A DNA stretch of 64,000 bases from Scenedesmus sp. PABB004 (lineage: Eukaryota), in contig JABVCE010000022.1 in the NCBI GenBank assembly GCA_014905635.1, forward strand, positions 124,001-188,000, given 5' to 3'. The notes below the pieces were generated by a model that searched no databases, was not told the DNA's origin, and worked only from the letters and a program-made list of their open reading frames with translations. A program made the translations under genes and the position numbers. Positions 21,408 through 32,454 of this stretch are shown here, piece after piece (positions within the stretch are counted from its first letter, which is position 1; the number at the start of each line of letters is the position of its first letter).

Positions 21408-23389
21408 CTAGGCGGCCAGCTCCGAGGCCGGGATGTCTGCCTCGACGACCGCGGCGCTGTGGTTGCGCGCGCACGCGACCGCGACCGCGTGCCAGCCGCC
21501 GCCGGCCGACGCGCGCAGGTCGCGCGCGCGGCCGCGGCCCGTGAGCAGGCGCTGCACCTGGCGCGGGTCGTAGCCGTCCATGTCATCGCCGTGCCCCAGC
21601 TGCCCCGCGCCCAGGTCGGCGCCGGGGCCCGACACGAGGCCGCCCGAGCCGACCGCGCCGCCCCAGCCCCACGTGAGCAGCCGGCCGTCGCTCGTGATGC
21701 CTGCGCCGCGGCGGCGGCGGCGCGCGGGGCGCCTCGGCCGTGCGCGCGGGGGCGGCGAGCGGCCGAGCGCGCGGGGGCGGCCGCTGGCGGCTCCCAACGG
21801 TCCGCACCCGCGCTGTGCTTCCAGCCCGCCGCCGCCGCCGCGAGCTTGATGGGCAGCCGCTCGGGCGTGCGCGACCCGGGCTTGGGCCAGAGCCAGCCCT
21901 GGCCGAGGCTGCCCTGCTCGTCGGTCCCCCAGCTGTACGTGTCGCCGTGGCGGCCGACCGAGAGGGAGTGACTGAACCCCAGCGCCAGCTGCCCGACGTG
22001 CCGTAGCTGCCGCAGCTGCGGGCCGAGGCGCGGCGTCAGTGAGGGCGTCAGACGCTACCGCGCCACCACGCCGCATGCGCGCTGCGCATGCGGCGCGCCG
22101 CCCCCGCACCTGCTGCGGCTCGCACTCGTGCGCCTGCACGCCGTGGCCCAGCTGCCAGCTGCCGCCGTGGCCCCACAGGAACGCGTGGCCGTCGGCATCG
22201 ACCGCGCCCGAGTGGAACGCGCCAGCCGCGATGGACGCCACCTTGACGCCCGCCAGCGCGGTCACCTCGCGCGGCTGCCCCTCCCAGCGCAGGTGCGCTG
22301 CGTCGCGCGCGTGCGGCGGCGGCGGCGGCGGCGGCGGCGGGCGGGCGCGCTCGGCTGCGGCCGCCGGCCGGCCGCGCGCTCTGCGCTGCGCGCGCTGTGC
22401 GCGCCGCGCCGCCGCCACCGCCGCCGCCGGGCCCGCTAGCCCCCGCACCTCGGCCCAGGCCCAGCGCTCCGTAGTGCCCGTGGCCCCACGCGAACACGCG
22501 GCCGTCGTCGCTCAGCGCGAGCGAGTGCGCGTTGCCCGCGGCGACCGCCTTGACGCGCACGCCTGCGCGGCGGCCAGCGCTCGCGGCGGGCCGCGGCACG
22601 CTGCCGCGCGGCGGCCGCAGCGCCCGCAGCGCCCCGGCGCCGCGCCCACCTTGCAGCGCGCGGACGAGCCGGAACTCGGCGTTTTTCAGCCCAAACTCCG
22701 AGCCCAGGCCCAGCTGGCCGTCGTTGTTGGAGCCCGCCGCCCACACCTCGCCGCTGCCTGCGGGGCGCGGCCGGGCGCCGTCGGTGGCTGTGCCGCTGCA
22801 GGCTGCCGCGGCCGCGCGGCGCGCCAGCGCGCCGCCGCTGCCGCCGCTCACTGCTCACGGCCAGCGTGTGCGACTCGCCCGCCGCCACGGCGACCATGGT
22901 GTCTGGCAGGATGACCTCCTGGGGGTCCTGTTGGGCGTGTGGGGCGCGCCGGAGCGGCGCCGCGCGTGGTGGGGCTGCTGCCAGTCGGCCCGCGGGCATA
23001 GGCGGAAGAGCGCGCACGGCGCCGCGGCCGCACCGCGCGGTGCGGCAGCTTCTCGCTGTGCCCCAGCTGGCCGTGGTTGTTGATGCCAAACGTCCACAGC
23101 CCGCCGTCGGCTGCGCACGGCGCGCGCGGGGCGCGGCGCGGCGCTGTCGGCGCCACGCGCGGCCGCGACGCCGCCGGCGCGCGGCCGCCGGTGGCGTAGC
23201 GCGCGCGGCCGGCCGCCCACCCGTCACCGCCGCCGTGTGCGCCCCGCCTGCGGCCACGGCGGCGACGCTGTGGCCCGCCAGCGCCGCGACGACGGCCGGG
23301 AAGACGCTGCTGCTCTCGCTGCCATGCCCCAGGCGCCCGTGCTGGCCGTTGCCGAAGGTCACCAGCAGGCGCCGGAGGCGCCGCGACAT
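21408..23389 (-). CDS. RCC1/UVR8-type beta-propeller protein (RUG2-like)
   Basis: Multiple RCC1 blades: FGNGQHGRLGHG, AAGGAHT, WTFGINNHGQLG, AAGESHT, GSNNDGQLG, AAGNAHSLAL, AAGAFHS, GWKHSA and TWGWGG...GQLGHGDDMD. Confidence 0.9.
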
Positions 23390-24657
23390 GAAGAAGGTCA
23401 CCAGCAGGCGCCGGAGGCGCCGCGGCCAGCGCGGGCGGGCGTGCGGTGTCGCGGGGCGGCGGCAGCGGCGCCGACGCGGCGACGGCGACGGTGCTGTGCG
23501 GCGGGCGCGTGTGTGTGGAGGGCCGTGACCTGGCAGGAGGTGGCGTCCGCCGCCACGGCGGAGCGACCGGCGGCACGCGATGGGCTTGGGCCTGCCGCGG
23601 TTGTGCGCCGGAGGCCTGGTCAACCCCGCGCGCCGGGCGCTGCCGCGCTGCCTGGCGCGCGCCGTTGGCGGGCCGCGGCGGCGGTGAGGTGCGTGGCGGG
23701 AGCTGCTGTGGCGGTGCGTCGTGTGCGCCTGCGCGCGGGAGGCGTGAGGTGGAGTCGGCCAACACTGCCGGCGGGCCGCCCGCGCGCGCTCGCACCGCGG
23801 CCGTCCGCGGCGGGCCGCCCAGCCAGCCAGTTGTGCCGCCCAGGAGCCACAAAACCACCGCCGGCCGCCGGCCGGGCGCTCGAGCGCGCTTTCGGCCGGG
23901 CGTGCGGCGCGCTGCTGCCGGGCGCGCTGCCGTCGCCGCCGCCGCTGCCCATCGCGCCGCTGCCCGCGTCCGGGAGGGTGCGCTCCTGCACGCACCCTGG
24001 CTGTGCGGCGCGAGCGGCGCGAGGGCGGCGCGCGGGCCGCGCCCGCCGCCGGCGCGCCGCCGCCCGGCAACGCGGCTGCGAGCTCTTGGAGGCCGCCGCG
24101 CCGCGAGTGGACGGGCTCGACGCGCATTACGCCGCGCCCAGACGCACGCGCGAAGGCGCCGGCGCGCTTCTTGCCGGGCGGGTGCCCGCACGCCGGGCCG
24201 CGGCGCCGCGCCTGGGCGCCACTCCGCGCGCCCCGCCCCTCCCAGCGCGCAGATCGCGGTCCGCCGCACCCTCACGCGCCGCGCCACGCTCCCGCGCGCA
24301 CGCGCGCGCCACCGCCCGCGCAGGGCCGGCCCCCGCAGGCCGCGCGCTCGCGCTCCGAGCGCCGCGTGAGGCCGCCCCGCGGCCCCAGGACGGCGACGCG
24401 AGCGCGCGACGCGCGGCAGGCGCGCCGGCGCGCCGCGATCCGGGCGCGGCGGGCGGGCAGCGGCGGCGGTCCCGCGCCTCCGCGCCGCGCGCCGACCCTG
24501 CCCCGCCCCACGCCGCCCGCAGGCCAGGCCGTGACCCCGCCGCCGGCGCCCGCGGCAGCGCGCGATGGCCGCCTCCGCGTGAGGCGCGCGAGCGCCGCCC
24601 GAGGCCCGCCGCGCTCCGCGGCGCGCGCGCCCCGTGACCCCCAGCACGCAGCTCGTG

Positions 24658-27600
24658 ATGCAGCTCTCTGCGGAGCCGCAGGCGCTGCCGGCGGGCTTCT
24701 CGCCCTTTGCCGGCGGCGCGCACGGCCTGGCCTTCCTCCCGCCCACGCCGCCGCGGCCGGGGCACGCGCTGCCGCCGCCCAGCCCGGGCCCCGGCGCGCT
24801 GCCTTGGAGCCAGGGCCGCCCGGGCTCGGCCTCGCCCGCCGACGGCGGCTGGCCGTACGGCGCGGCCGGCGGCGGCGGCGGCGGCTTCGGCGGCCTCAGC
24901 CGCTCCGGCAGCGCCGTGTTCGGCGCGTCGAGCCCCGGCCCCGGCGGCGGCTCGCCGGGGCCGCTGGCGCCGGCCGACCTGCTGCTGCGCGGCGCAGGGC
25001 TCGACCCGCACGCCCAGCCCTGGGGCGGCGGCGGCGCGGGCAGCGGCGGCCTGCCGCGCCAGCTGTCGAGCGGCGCGCTGCGCCGCCAGGACTCGTGGGG
25101 CGACGGCGGCGGCGGCGTGTCGCTCGCGGCGATGGCCGCCGCGGGCGCGCTGCCGCCGCCGTACGGCTCCAGCCCGCTCACGCGCGCCGCGACGGCGTCG
25201 GCGCAGCAGCTCGCGCAGCAGCACGCGGCGGCCGCGCTCGCGCGCAGCCTCTCGGTCGACGCCGACGCGGCACCGCCGCACGGCGGCGCCGGCGTCGCGC
25301 CCGGCGGCCGCCGCGGCTGGGGCGGCCACGACGACGCACACGGCCGGCTGCACCACACCGCGGTCTACGACATGAAGAGGCGAGCCGACGCGCGCCGCTG
25401 CTGGCGCGGATGCTGGCGGCGCGCGCCTGGGGCGGCTGGGCGCCGCCGGGCCGCGTGGCGCTGACGCCGCCCGCCCGCCCGCCGCCGCCGCCGCGCGCGC
25501 CGCAGCCTGACGACGGCGCTGTCGCACGTGCAGGCGGGCACCGGCGACGTGCGCCGCATGCTCGGCGCCTGCACCTTCAAGCCGCGGCTGCCTGGTGCGC
25601 GGCGCGGGACGCCGATGTGGCGGGCGCTCCGCCGCGCGTGCCGCGCCCCACGCCGCGCCGCCGCGCCCGCGCCGCAGGGCTGACCAAGCTGGTGTCCCAG
25701 CTCTCGCGCGATGGCCACTGGGCCAAGGCCATGGAGGTGCGGCGCGCGCGCGCGCGCCGCGCCGACCGCGGCCGCGCCGCGCCACGGAGGCGCCGCCAAC
25801 ACCCAGCCCCGCACCGCCCACCGCGCCGCGCGCGCCGCGCCAGGTGTTTGAGTCCCTCGACGCCGTCGGCGTGCGCCCCGACACCACCATCACCAACGCC
25901 GCCATCTCCGCGTGCGACAAGGGCGGGCAGTGGGAGAAGGCGCTGGGCGTGTTCGGGTGCGGCGCGCGCGTGCGCCGCCTGCACCGCGCCGCTCGCCCGC
26001 GCCCGCACGCCGCGCGCCCGCGCGCCCCGCCCGCGCGCCGCGCGCCACACACGCCGACCCCGCCGCCGCCCCGCCGTGCGCGCGCGCGCCGCCGGCCGCA
26101 GCGCGATGAGCGGCGCGGGGCTGGGCCGCGACGCGATCACCTACAGCGCGCTCATCAGCGCCCTGTCCAAGGGCCGGCAGTGGGGCCTCGCGATCGACGT
26201 GTTCAACCACATGGTCGCCGAGGGCGTCGAGTGCGACGCGGTGACCTGCTGCTCCCTTATCACCGCACTCGACAAGGGCGGCCAGTGGCAGCTCGCCGAG
26301 CAGGCGCGCCGCCGCGCTCGCCGCGCGCACGCATGCCTCGCGCTCGCCGCGCCCGCGCGCTCCCGCGCCGCCGCGCTCGTGCGCGCACCCACACACTCCC
26401 ACGCGCGCTGATGTGTCCTCCCTCTCGGCCCCAACGTGCCGCGACAGGTGTTCATCCAGATGTACCGAGAGCACACGGTCTTCCACATACTGCTGGAGGG
26501 CATGACCCCAGACCCCAGCCCCGGCGGCGCCGGCCCCGGCGCCGGCGGCAGCCCCTCGCTGCTCGCGGGCGCGTTCAGCGCCGCCGCGCTGAGCGCACTG
26601 AGCATCCCGGAGGACGCGGCGCCGCCCGGCGGCGGCGACACCGGCGGTGAGTGCCGCGCCCGGCCCGCTGCGGCGGCGCCGGCGGGGCCGGCGCCAGCGC
26701 CGGCAGAGGCGCCAGCGGGCGGCGGCGGCCCCGGCGGCGGCCCCACCGCGCCCGGCAGCCCGGACGGGCCGCCCGGCGGCCAGCCCGGGCCGGCGGCTCG
26801 CGGCGACGGCGGCGGGCTCGTGCACACGCTGTCCGGCGCGTGGTCCAAGGTCGTCGGCGCCAACCGGGCGGCAGCGGCGGCGGCGGCCGCCCCGGCGGCT
26901 GCTGCGGCCGCTGGCCCCGCCGGCGCCGGCGACGGCGTCAGCCTGCCGAGCACGCTGCTGGGCAGCGCCAGCAGCGCGAGCAGCGCCGGCAGCGCTGGCA
27001 GCGTCGGCTCCCCGCGTGGCGCCGGCAGCGCTGGCAGCGGCGAGGGGCGGCTGGCCGCAAGCGACGCGGTCGTGCTGCTGCCCGGTAGGGCGTGGCCGCC
27101 GGGGCAGAGCCAACCAGGGCCGGGCCGCTCCGCGCCCGCGCCGGCCGCCGACGCCCCGCCGACGCCCCGCCCCGTCGCCGCCCCGCAGGCTCGGGCGCAC
27201 AGCCCGCGGGCGGCGGCGAGCCCGGCGGGCTCGCGGCGCGCTCGCTGTCCGCGCAGCTCTCCCAGGTCGGCCTGACCCCGCCCGGCGGCGCGGCGCCCGG
27301 CGGCGAGCCCGCGCCGCCCACGAGCGCCGCGGCGGCGCTGGTGCCCGCCGGCGCGAGCCCCTCGCGCAGCCGGCCGCCGGCGTGCCCGTTGCCGGCGGCG
27401 CAGCCCTCGCCCGCGCGCGTGGGCAGCCTCGGCCGCGCCGGCAGCCTCGGCGCCGGCTCGCCGGGCGGCGGCCTGCTGCGCCTGGGGCGGTCGGGCAGTC
27501 TGAACAGCAAGAAGTGCAGCCCCAACCGCGTCTGCTGTAACGCGCTGCTCGCGGCGTACGCCCGCGCCGTGCCGCCGCGCTGGAAGCAGGCACTGCGCCT

Positions 27601-30600
27601 GCTGCAGGCGCGCGCGCTTGGCACGCGCTGCGTGCGCGGCGGGGGGGGGGGGGGGGCAGCCGCGCGCCGCGCGCCCGCCCCCACTCTGCCCACGCCGCGC
27701 CGCGCGCCGCGCGCCGCGTGCCCCAGGTCATGTGGACGGCCGGCGGCGAGCTGGTGCCTGACATCGTGAGCGCCCGCGCGCGCGAGCACGCGGCGCCGCG
27801 CGCGGCCAGCACCGCGCGAGCGCCGTGCCGCGCTGCTGCCGCGCCGCCGCCTGGGCCTGAACCCTGAACCCTGAACCCTGAACCCTGTCTCTCCCCCCAG
27901 GTGAGCTACAACACGGTCATGAAGGCCTGCGGCAACGCGCAGCAGACCAGCACCGCGTTCGAGGTGCGGCGCGGCGGCGGCTCGCCCGGCAGCGCGCGCC
28001 TCGCACACCCGCCGCCGTGCGCCGCGGCCGCTCGGGCTGACCCTCCGCCGCCCGCCGTGCTGCGCGTCGCGCCGCGCCGCCACACGCACCCAGCTGTACA
28101 GCCACATGCTCGCGCGCGGCGTCGAGCCCACGGTCGCGACGTACGGCACCCTCATCACCATCGCCAGCGAGGCGCAGGACTACAGCCGCGTCAAGGAGGC
28201 CTGGGACTGGCTGCAGGCCAGCGGCCTGCCCGTGCACGTGCGCGCCGCGCCGCGCCGCGCCGCGCCGCGTGCGCTGCGGCGGCGGCGCGCGCTCGCGCGC
28301 GCGCGCCTGCGGGCTGGCTCTCCCTGACGGCCCGGCCGCGCTGCCGGCGCCCCCTCCCGCCGCCGCAGGTCACGTGCGCCAATTCCTACCTCACCGCGCT
28401 CATCAAGGAGGTGCGCCCGGCGCGCGGCACGCGCGCATGCGCTGCATGGGCGCGCGCCGCGCAGCAGACGCGCGCCGCCGGCGCGGCAGCCTCTTACGAC
28501 CCAGCGCGCGGCGCGGCGCCCGCGGTGCCGCCGCAGGACGCGTGGGACGCCGCGGTGGAGCTGTTCGGGCAGCTCAAGACCAACGCGCTCGGCGTGCGGC
28601 CCAACGCGGTGACCTTCAACATTCTGATGTCCGCCTGCCTCGCCCGCGACTCCCCGCACATGGCGCGTTGCGCCGCGCGCGCCGCCGCGCCGCCGCGGCG
28701 CTCGCGGACGCGCCGCCGCCGGCTGCCGCGACGAGCGCGGGCGCGCGCACCGCCGCCTGGCGTCGCCATGCGCCGACGCGCCGCCGGCCGCGCCGCCGCC
28801 GCGCCGCAGGTGCGGGGGCTGTTTGACGAGCTCGCGGACAGCGGGCTCACGCCCACGCTCATCAGCTACAACACCCTGCTGCACGCGCTCGCCATGCTCG
28901 GCGCGGTTGACGACGCGCTGCGCCTGCTGCAGCACATGTGCTCCAGGCGCGCGCGCGCGCGCACGGCGCGCGCCCCGGCGCCCCGCGGCGGCGGCCCCGC
29001 GCCGACGCGGCCGCGCCCGCCCGCCCCGCACCGCCCCGCGCAGCTCGAGCGTGCGTCCGAGCGCGACGTCGTTCAACACCGTGTTTGCCACGCTCGCCAA
29101 CGCGGCCGCCGCGGCGGGCGGCGAGCTGGAGCGCCAGGCGCTCTGCGCGCGGTGCGCTGCGGCGGGGCGGCGGCGGCGGCGGCGGCGGGGCCGGCGCGCC
29201 CCTGCACCGCGAGCACCCCGAGCGAGCACCGCCGCCCGCCACGCCCCAGGGCCCTGGAGGCGTACCGCCTGATGCTGGCCCAGCCGGGGCTGCACCCAGA
29301 CACCGCGCTCTTCCGCTCGCTCGTGGCCGCGTTTGCGGCGTGCGGCGCGGCGCGGCTGGTGGTGGAGCTCGCGCTGACCATGGGCGCGCAGGGCCACGCG
29401 CTCGACCCCGCGACCGCGGCGGCGGCGCTCGAGTGCGTGCAGCGCGAGGGCGCGTGGGGCGAGGCGGGCGCGCTGCTGCGCGCCGCGCACGCCGCCAGCG
29501 CGGTCGTGAGCCCGGTGCTGCTGCAGCGCCTGCTGCTCGCGTGCGCGGGCGAGGGCGCGTGGCGCGCCGCGCGCGAGGTGCTGCAGGTGCGCCCGCGGCG
29601 GCGGCCCCAGCCGCGCGCGCACGCCCGCCGGCCGCGACGCCCAGACGGCTCGCGCCCCGGCCGCTCACGCCCGCCGCCCCCGCTGCTGCCGCCGCCGCTG
29701 CCGCCGCCGCCGCCAGGTCGCGTGCGACAGGGGGCAGCTCGACGCGGTCGCCGAGCTGCTGCAGCAGCACCGCGCCGCGCTCGCGGGCGGCGGTGCGCCG
29801 GCAGGGCCGGCGCTGTGCGCCGACGTGCTGGACGAGCTGACACTGCTGGCCTTCCTGCAAGCCCAGCACGCGTCCGGCGGCTGGGCCGAGGGCCTCGCGC
29901 TGCTGCGCAAGCTGCGCGACGACCGCGGCCCCGGCTGGGGCGCGGCCAACGGCGCGCTGCTCGGCGCGCTGCTCGACCTGCTGCTCGTGCGCGGCGGCGC
30001 GGAGGGCGCGCCCTCGGCGGTCGCGCTGGTCGACGAGGCGCACGCGGCGGGTGCGCGCGGCGCGGCGCGGCGCGGGGCCTCGCACGCCGCGGTTGCTTGC
30101 AGGGCTCGATTCTCTGCGCGCGCGCCGCCGCCGGACCCGCTCTGCCCTCCCCCGACGGCCTGACCGCCCCCGCTGCCCCAGGCTCCATGGGTCACTACCT
30201 GGTCCACCCCTCCTCCCTGGGCGGCGGCGGCAGCGGCGGCAGCCCGTGCCGCGGCAGCCCGTGCGGCGGCAGCCCCGGCGCGGCCGCGCGGCGCGCGCCG
30301 TCGCCCGGCGCGGCCGGCCTCGCGGCGGGCGCGCTGTCCCCGGAGCAGGCGCTGATACTGCAGCTGGAGCACGCGGCTATCACCGGCAGCCCGCCGGGCG
30401 GCGCGCCCGTGCTCGGCGGCGCCGGCGGCGGCGGTGAGTATGGCCTGCCCGCGCCGCTGAGCTTCCTGGACGTGCGCGGCTGCTCACCGGTCGAGGCGAC
30501 GGCGCTGCTGCTGAGCTGGCTGGGGCAGCTCGTCGGCCTCGCGGGCGCGGGGCTGCCGCTGCCGGGCGAGGCGCTCCGCATCATGACCGGCGGCGCGGGC

Positions 30601-31076
30601 GACGTCGCGCCGGAGGAGCTGGGCGCCCTGCTGCTCTTCCGCCCCGCGCCGCCGGCCCCGCCGCACGGCGAGGCCGGCGGCGGCGCGGCGCGCGCGGGCG
30701 AGGCGCCCGGCCCGGCGGCGCCGGGCGCGGCGGCGCCGAGGCCGGCGGCGCCGCGGCGCCCGCCCGCGCCGGCAGCAGCCCCGCCGGCGCCGGGCCGGCG
30801 GCGGCCGCCGGGCGCGCCGACGGGCCCGGCGGCGGCGTGCACGGCGCGGTGCTCGCGGTGCTGTCGGGCCACCTCGCCCGCATGCTCGGCTGCGGCACCG
30901 CCATGGACATGCTCCTGCCCTTCTCCTCCGCCGGCCGGCTCGCGCTGGGCCTGGTGTGCTGCGGTCCGCTGCCGGCGCTGCTGCCGCCCGAGGAGCAGGG
31001 CGGCGGCGTGCTGCTGCCGACGGCGGCGCTCGCGCGCAGCATCGCCGCCGCGCTCGAGGTCGCGCACGGCGGCTGA
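24658..31076 (+). CDS. Pentatricopeptide repeat protein with a C-terminal SMR-like domain
   Basis: PPR motifs (PDTTITNAAISACDKGGQWEKAL, DAITYSALISALSKG, PNRVCCNALLAAY, SYNTVMKAC, PTVATYGTLI, PNAVTFNILMSAC, PTLISYNTLL). C-terminal FLDVRGCSPVEA..LLSWL..LRIMTG resembles SMR. About 15 introns; apparent frameshift near 30710. Confidence 0.85.
27856..27887 (+). repeat. Interstitial telomere-like repeat (CCCTGAA)~4.5 in a PPR gene intron
   Basis: cctgaaccctgaaccctgaaccctgaaccctg; a one-base variant of plant-type CCCTAAA. Confidence 0.8.
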
Positions 31077-31818
31077 GCCGGCTCGGAGCCGCGGACGAAG
31101 AGATTGGAGGCGCCGACCCCCGACTGTGGGATGGGGGAGAGGGGGGGGGGTCAGGGGTAGCAGCAGCGCCTGGCTAGGACGTGACGCGGTGTGCGGTGTG
31201 CGGGGCGCGCTCCCAGCGGCGGCGGGCGAACCATCATCAGCGGCAGCACAGCGAGGCGTAGCAGCGAGACCTCTCGGGCGCGGGGGGCGTGTGTGCAGGT
31301 GGAGGTGCAGGCGCAGGTCAGGCAGGGAGGAGGCCGCGACAGGCTTGCACAGGCGTGCACTCCGGATGCTGTGCTCGCGTGAGCGTTGCCGCCGCGACGG
31401 GATGGGACGGCGGCGGCGGCCGGCACGGCCCCCGCGGGACTGCATTGCGTGCCCGGGAGGGAGGGGGCGGCCGTGACCCGCGCGCCCGGCGCCTGCAGCG
31501 GCTGCGGCGGGTGCCGCGCCCGCCGCAAGCCCATCCACGCCGCCGGGCGCGCACCGCAGGCAGAGGGAGGGGCGGCGGGGTCGGTCGGTCGGTCGGTCGG
31601 CGTGACGCGCAGGCAGCAACGCCCGCCGGCGCGCGCGCGAGGTGTGGCTCAGGGCTGCTGTGCACTGCGGCGCCGCGGCGAGCGCGAGAGTCGTCGCAGG
31701 AACCTCGGACCCCCGAGGTCGCGCAGTTTGTTCCCTACCCTCCCTGCGACTGCGCTGCTGCGCGACCCCGCCCTGCTCACGCACTGCTGCGACGTTGCGT
31801 TGTGTGTGTGGCGTTGCG

Positions 31819-31823
31819 TGTAA
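31819..31823 (+). terminator. Putative UGUAA polyadenylation signal of the PPR gene
   Basis: TGTAA in a GT-rich context, about 740 nt after the stop. Confidence 0.4.
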
Positions 31824-32454
31824 TGTTGTGAGTTGCCGCCGGCCAACGAACGGCCTGCCGCGCGACCCGCGGCGCGGCGCGGCGGCCGCTCTCGGCGGCG
31901 CCGGTGCTGCACGCTGGTGCTCGGGCTGGCGGGCCGCGACTGCCCCGACTCGCAGCGAAAAGAAAGAGAGCACGACAGCATCGGGTTCCGGCGCTGTGAC
32001 GCGCGCGCTCTGCACGAGCCGGCCGCCGCCCCGCGTCGCCACCACACCCACCGGTGCTGTGGCGAGCGCGCAGACCGACCGCAATGTAGCCAGCTGGCCG
32101 CCCGCCAACTTGTGTTTGCATTGCCGAAGCCCAACATCGCCGATCCCGCGCCCGGTGGCCGAGCCGCGGCCGGGAGGCGTGACGGAGGGCCGCGTGAGGT
32201 GCGTGACTGCGTGCGGGCCGCGGTCGGCGCGCCCGGGCCGCGCGCGTCCTGCCGGGAGGCCCGCAGGCCGGCCGCGGCGCCCGCGCCGCTCGGGGCCGTG
32301 CCCTGGGAGGCCATGGGCCCCGGGAGTTGCCGGAACGCGGGCAGGCGGCGCCGTGTGCGGGCCGCGTCTGTGAATCACGCGCTGCCTCGGTCCCGCACGC
32401 GCCGCAGAGCGCCCGTCCGCCTGGCGGCGCAGCCTGATACGCCCGCCTTCCACG

